DNA of 38,067 nucleotides from a virus (Duplodnaviria; Heunggongvirae; Uroviricota; Caudoviricetes): the IMG/VR virus record IMGVR_UViG_2541047915_000012; one strand, written 5' to 3'. Each line of letters opens with the position of its first letter. The first letter of the stretch is position 1. The notes below the pieces were generated by a model. It did no database searches. It was not told the origin of the DNA and was given only the letters and a program-made list of their open reading frames with translations. Below are positions 37,867 through 38,067 of the stretch, piece by piece. The translations under genes and the position numbers were made by a program.

Positions 37867-38067
37867 ATGCAACACGAACTACAACCTGATTCACTGGTTG
37901 ATTTGAAATTCATCATGGCCGATACTGGCTTCGGTAAAACCTTCATCTATGACCGGATTAAGTCCGGCGACCTGCCAAAAGCCAAAGTTATCCACGGGCG
38001 AGCAAGATGGTTATATCGTGACCATTGTGAATTCAAAAATAAGCTCTTAAGCCGCGCCAATGGGTAA
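37867..38067 (+). CDS. xis: Excisionase / AlpA-family DNA-binding protein
   Basis: 66 aa ending exactly at window end; MADTGFGKTFIYDRIKSGDLPKAKVIHGRARWLYRDHCEF fits the AlpA/Xis winged-helix pattern; expected position next to integrase (beyond window). Confidence 0.6.
   Translation: MQHELQPDSLVDLKFIMADTGFGKTFIYDRIKSGDLPKAKVIHGRARWLYRDHCEFKNKLLSRANG

Overview
The window is almost all of one P22-like (CUS-3-like) lambdoid prophage. Late genes run on the minus strand: lambda-type lysis cassette S/R/Rz/Rz1, rha and an orf80-like gene, small and large terminase, portal, scaffold, coat, gp4, gp10, gp26, gp14, gp7, gp20, a frame-interrupted gp16, a four-gene accessory cluster, immI (mnt/arc/ant), and a tailspike that looks like an endosialidase. 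The window begins inside a heptanucleotide repeat tract at the 5' end of a neuO-like gene. The early region has a Q antiterminator, nin genes, P22-type c2/cro with lambda-type cII/oop, an N-like gene, c3, erf, an SSB-like gene, abc2-like and ead-like genes, and xis at the window end. Three identical 1250-bp IS911 copies, all in the same orientation, interrupt the late leader, the replication module (with a deletion) and the N-like gene, so the prophage is probably defective. The best candidate for an undescribed system is the cluster at 4952-7087: a ClpP-like peptidase coupled to mnt, a YafO-like toxin with a non-canonical upstream partner, and a small 4-TM membrane protein. All homology calls are from reading the translations and from memory of reference proteins, not from database searches; intergenic coordinates may be off by 1-2 bp.
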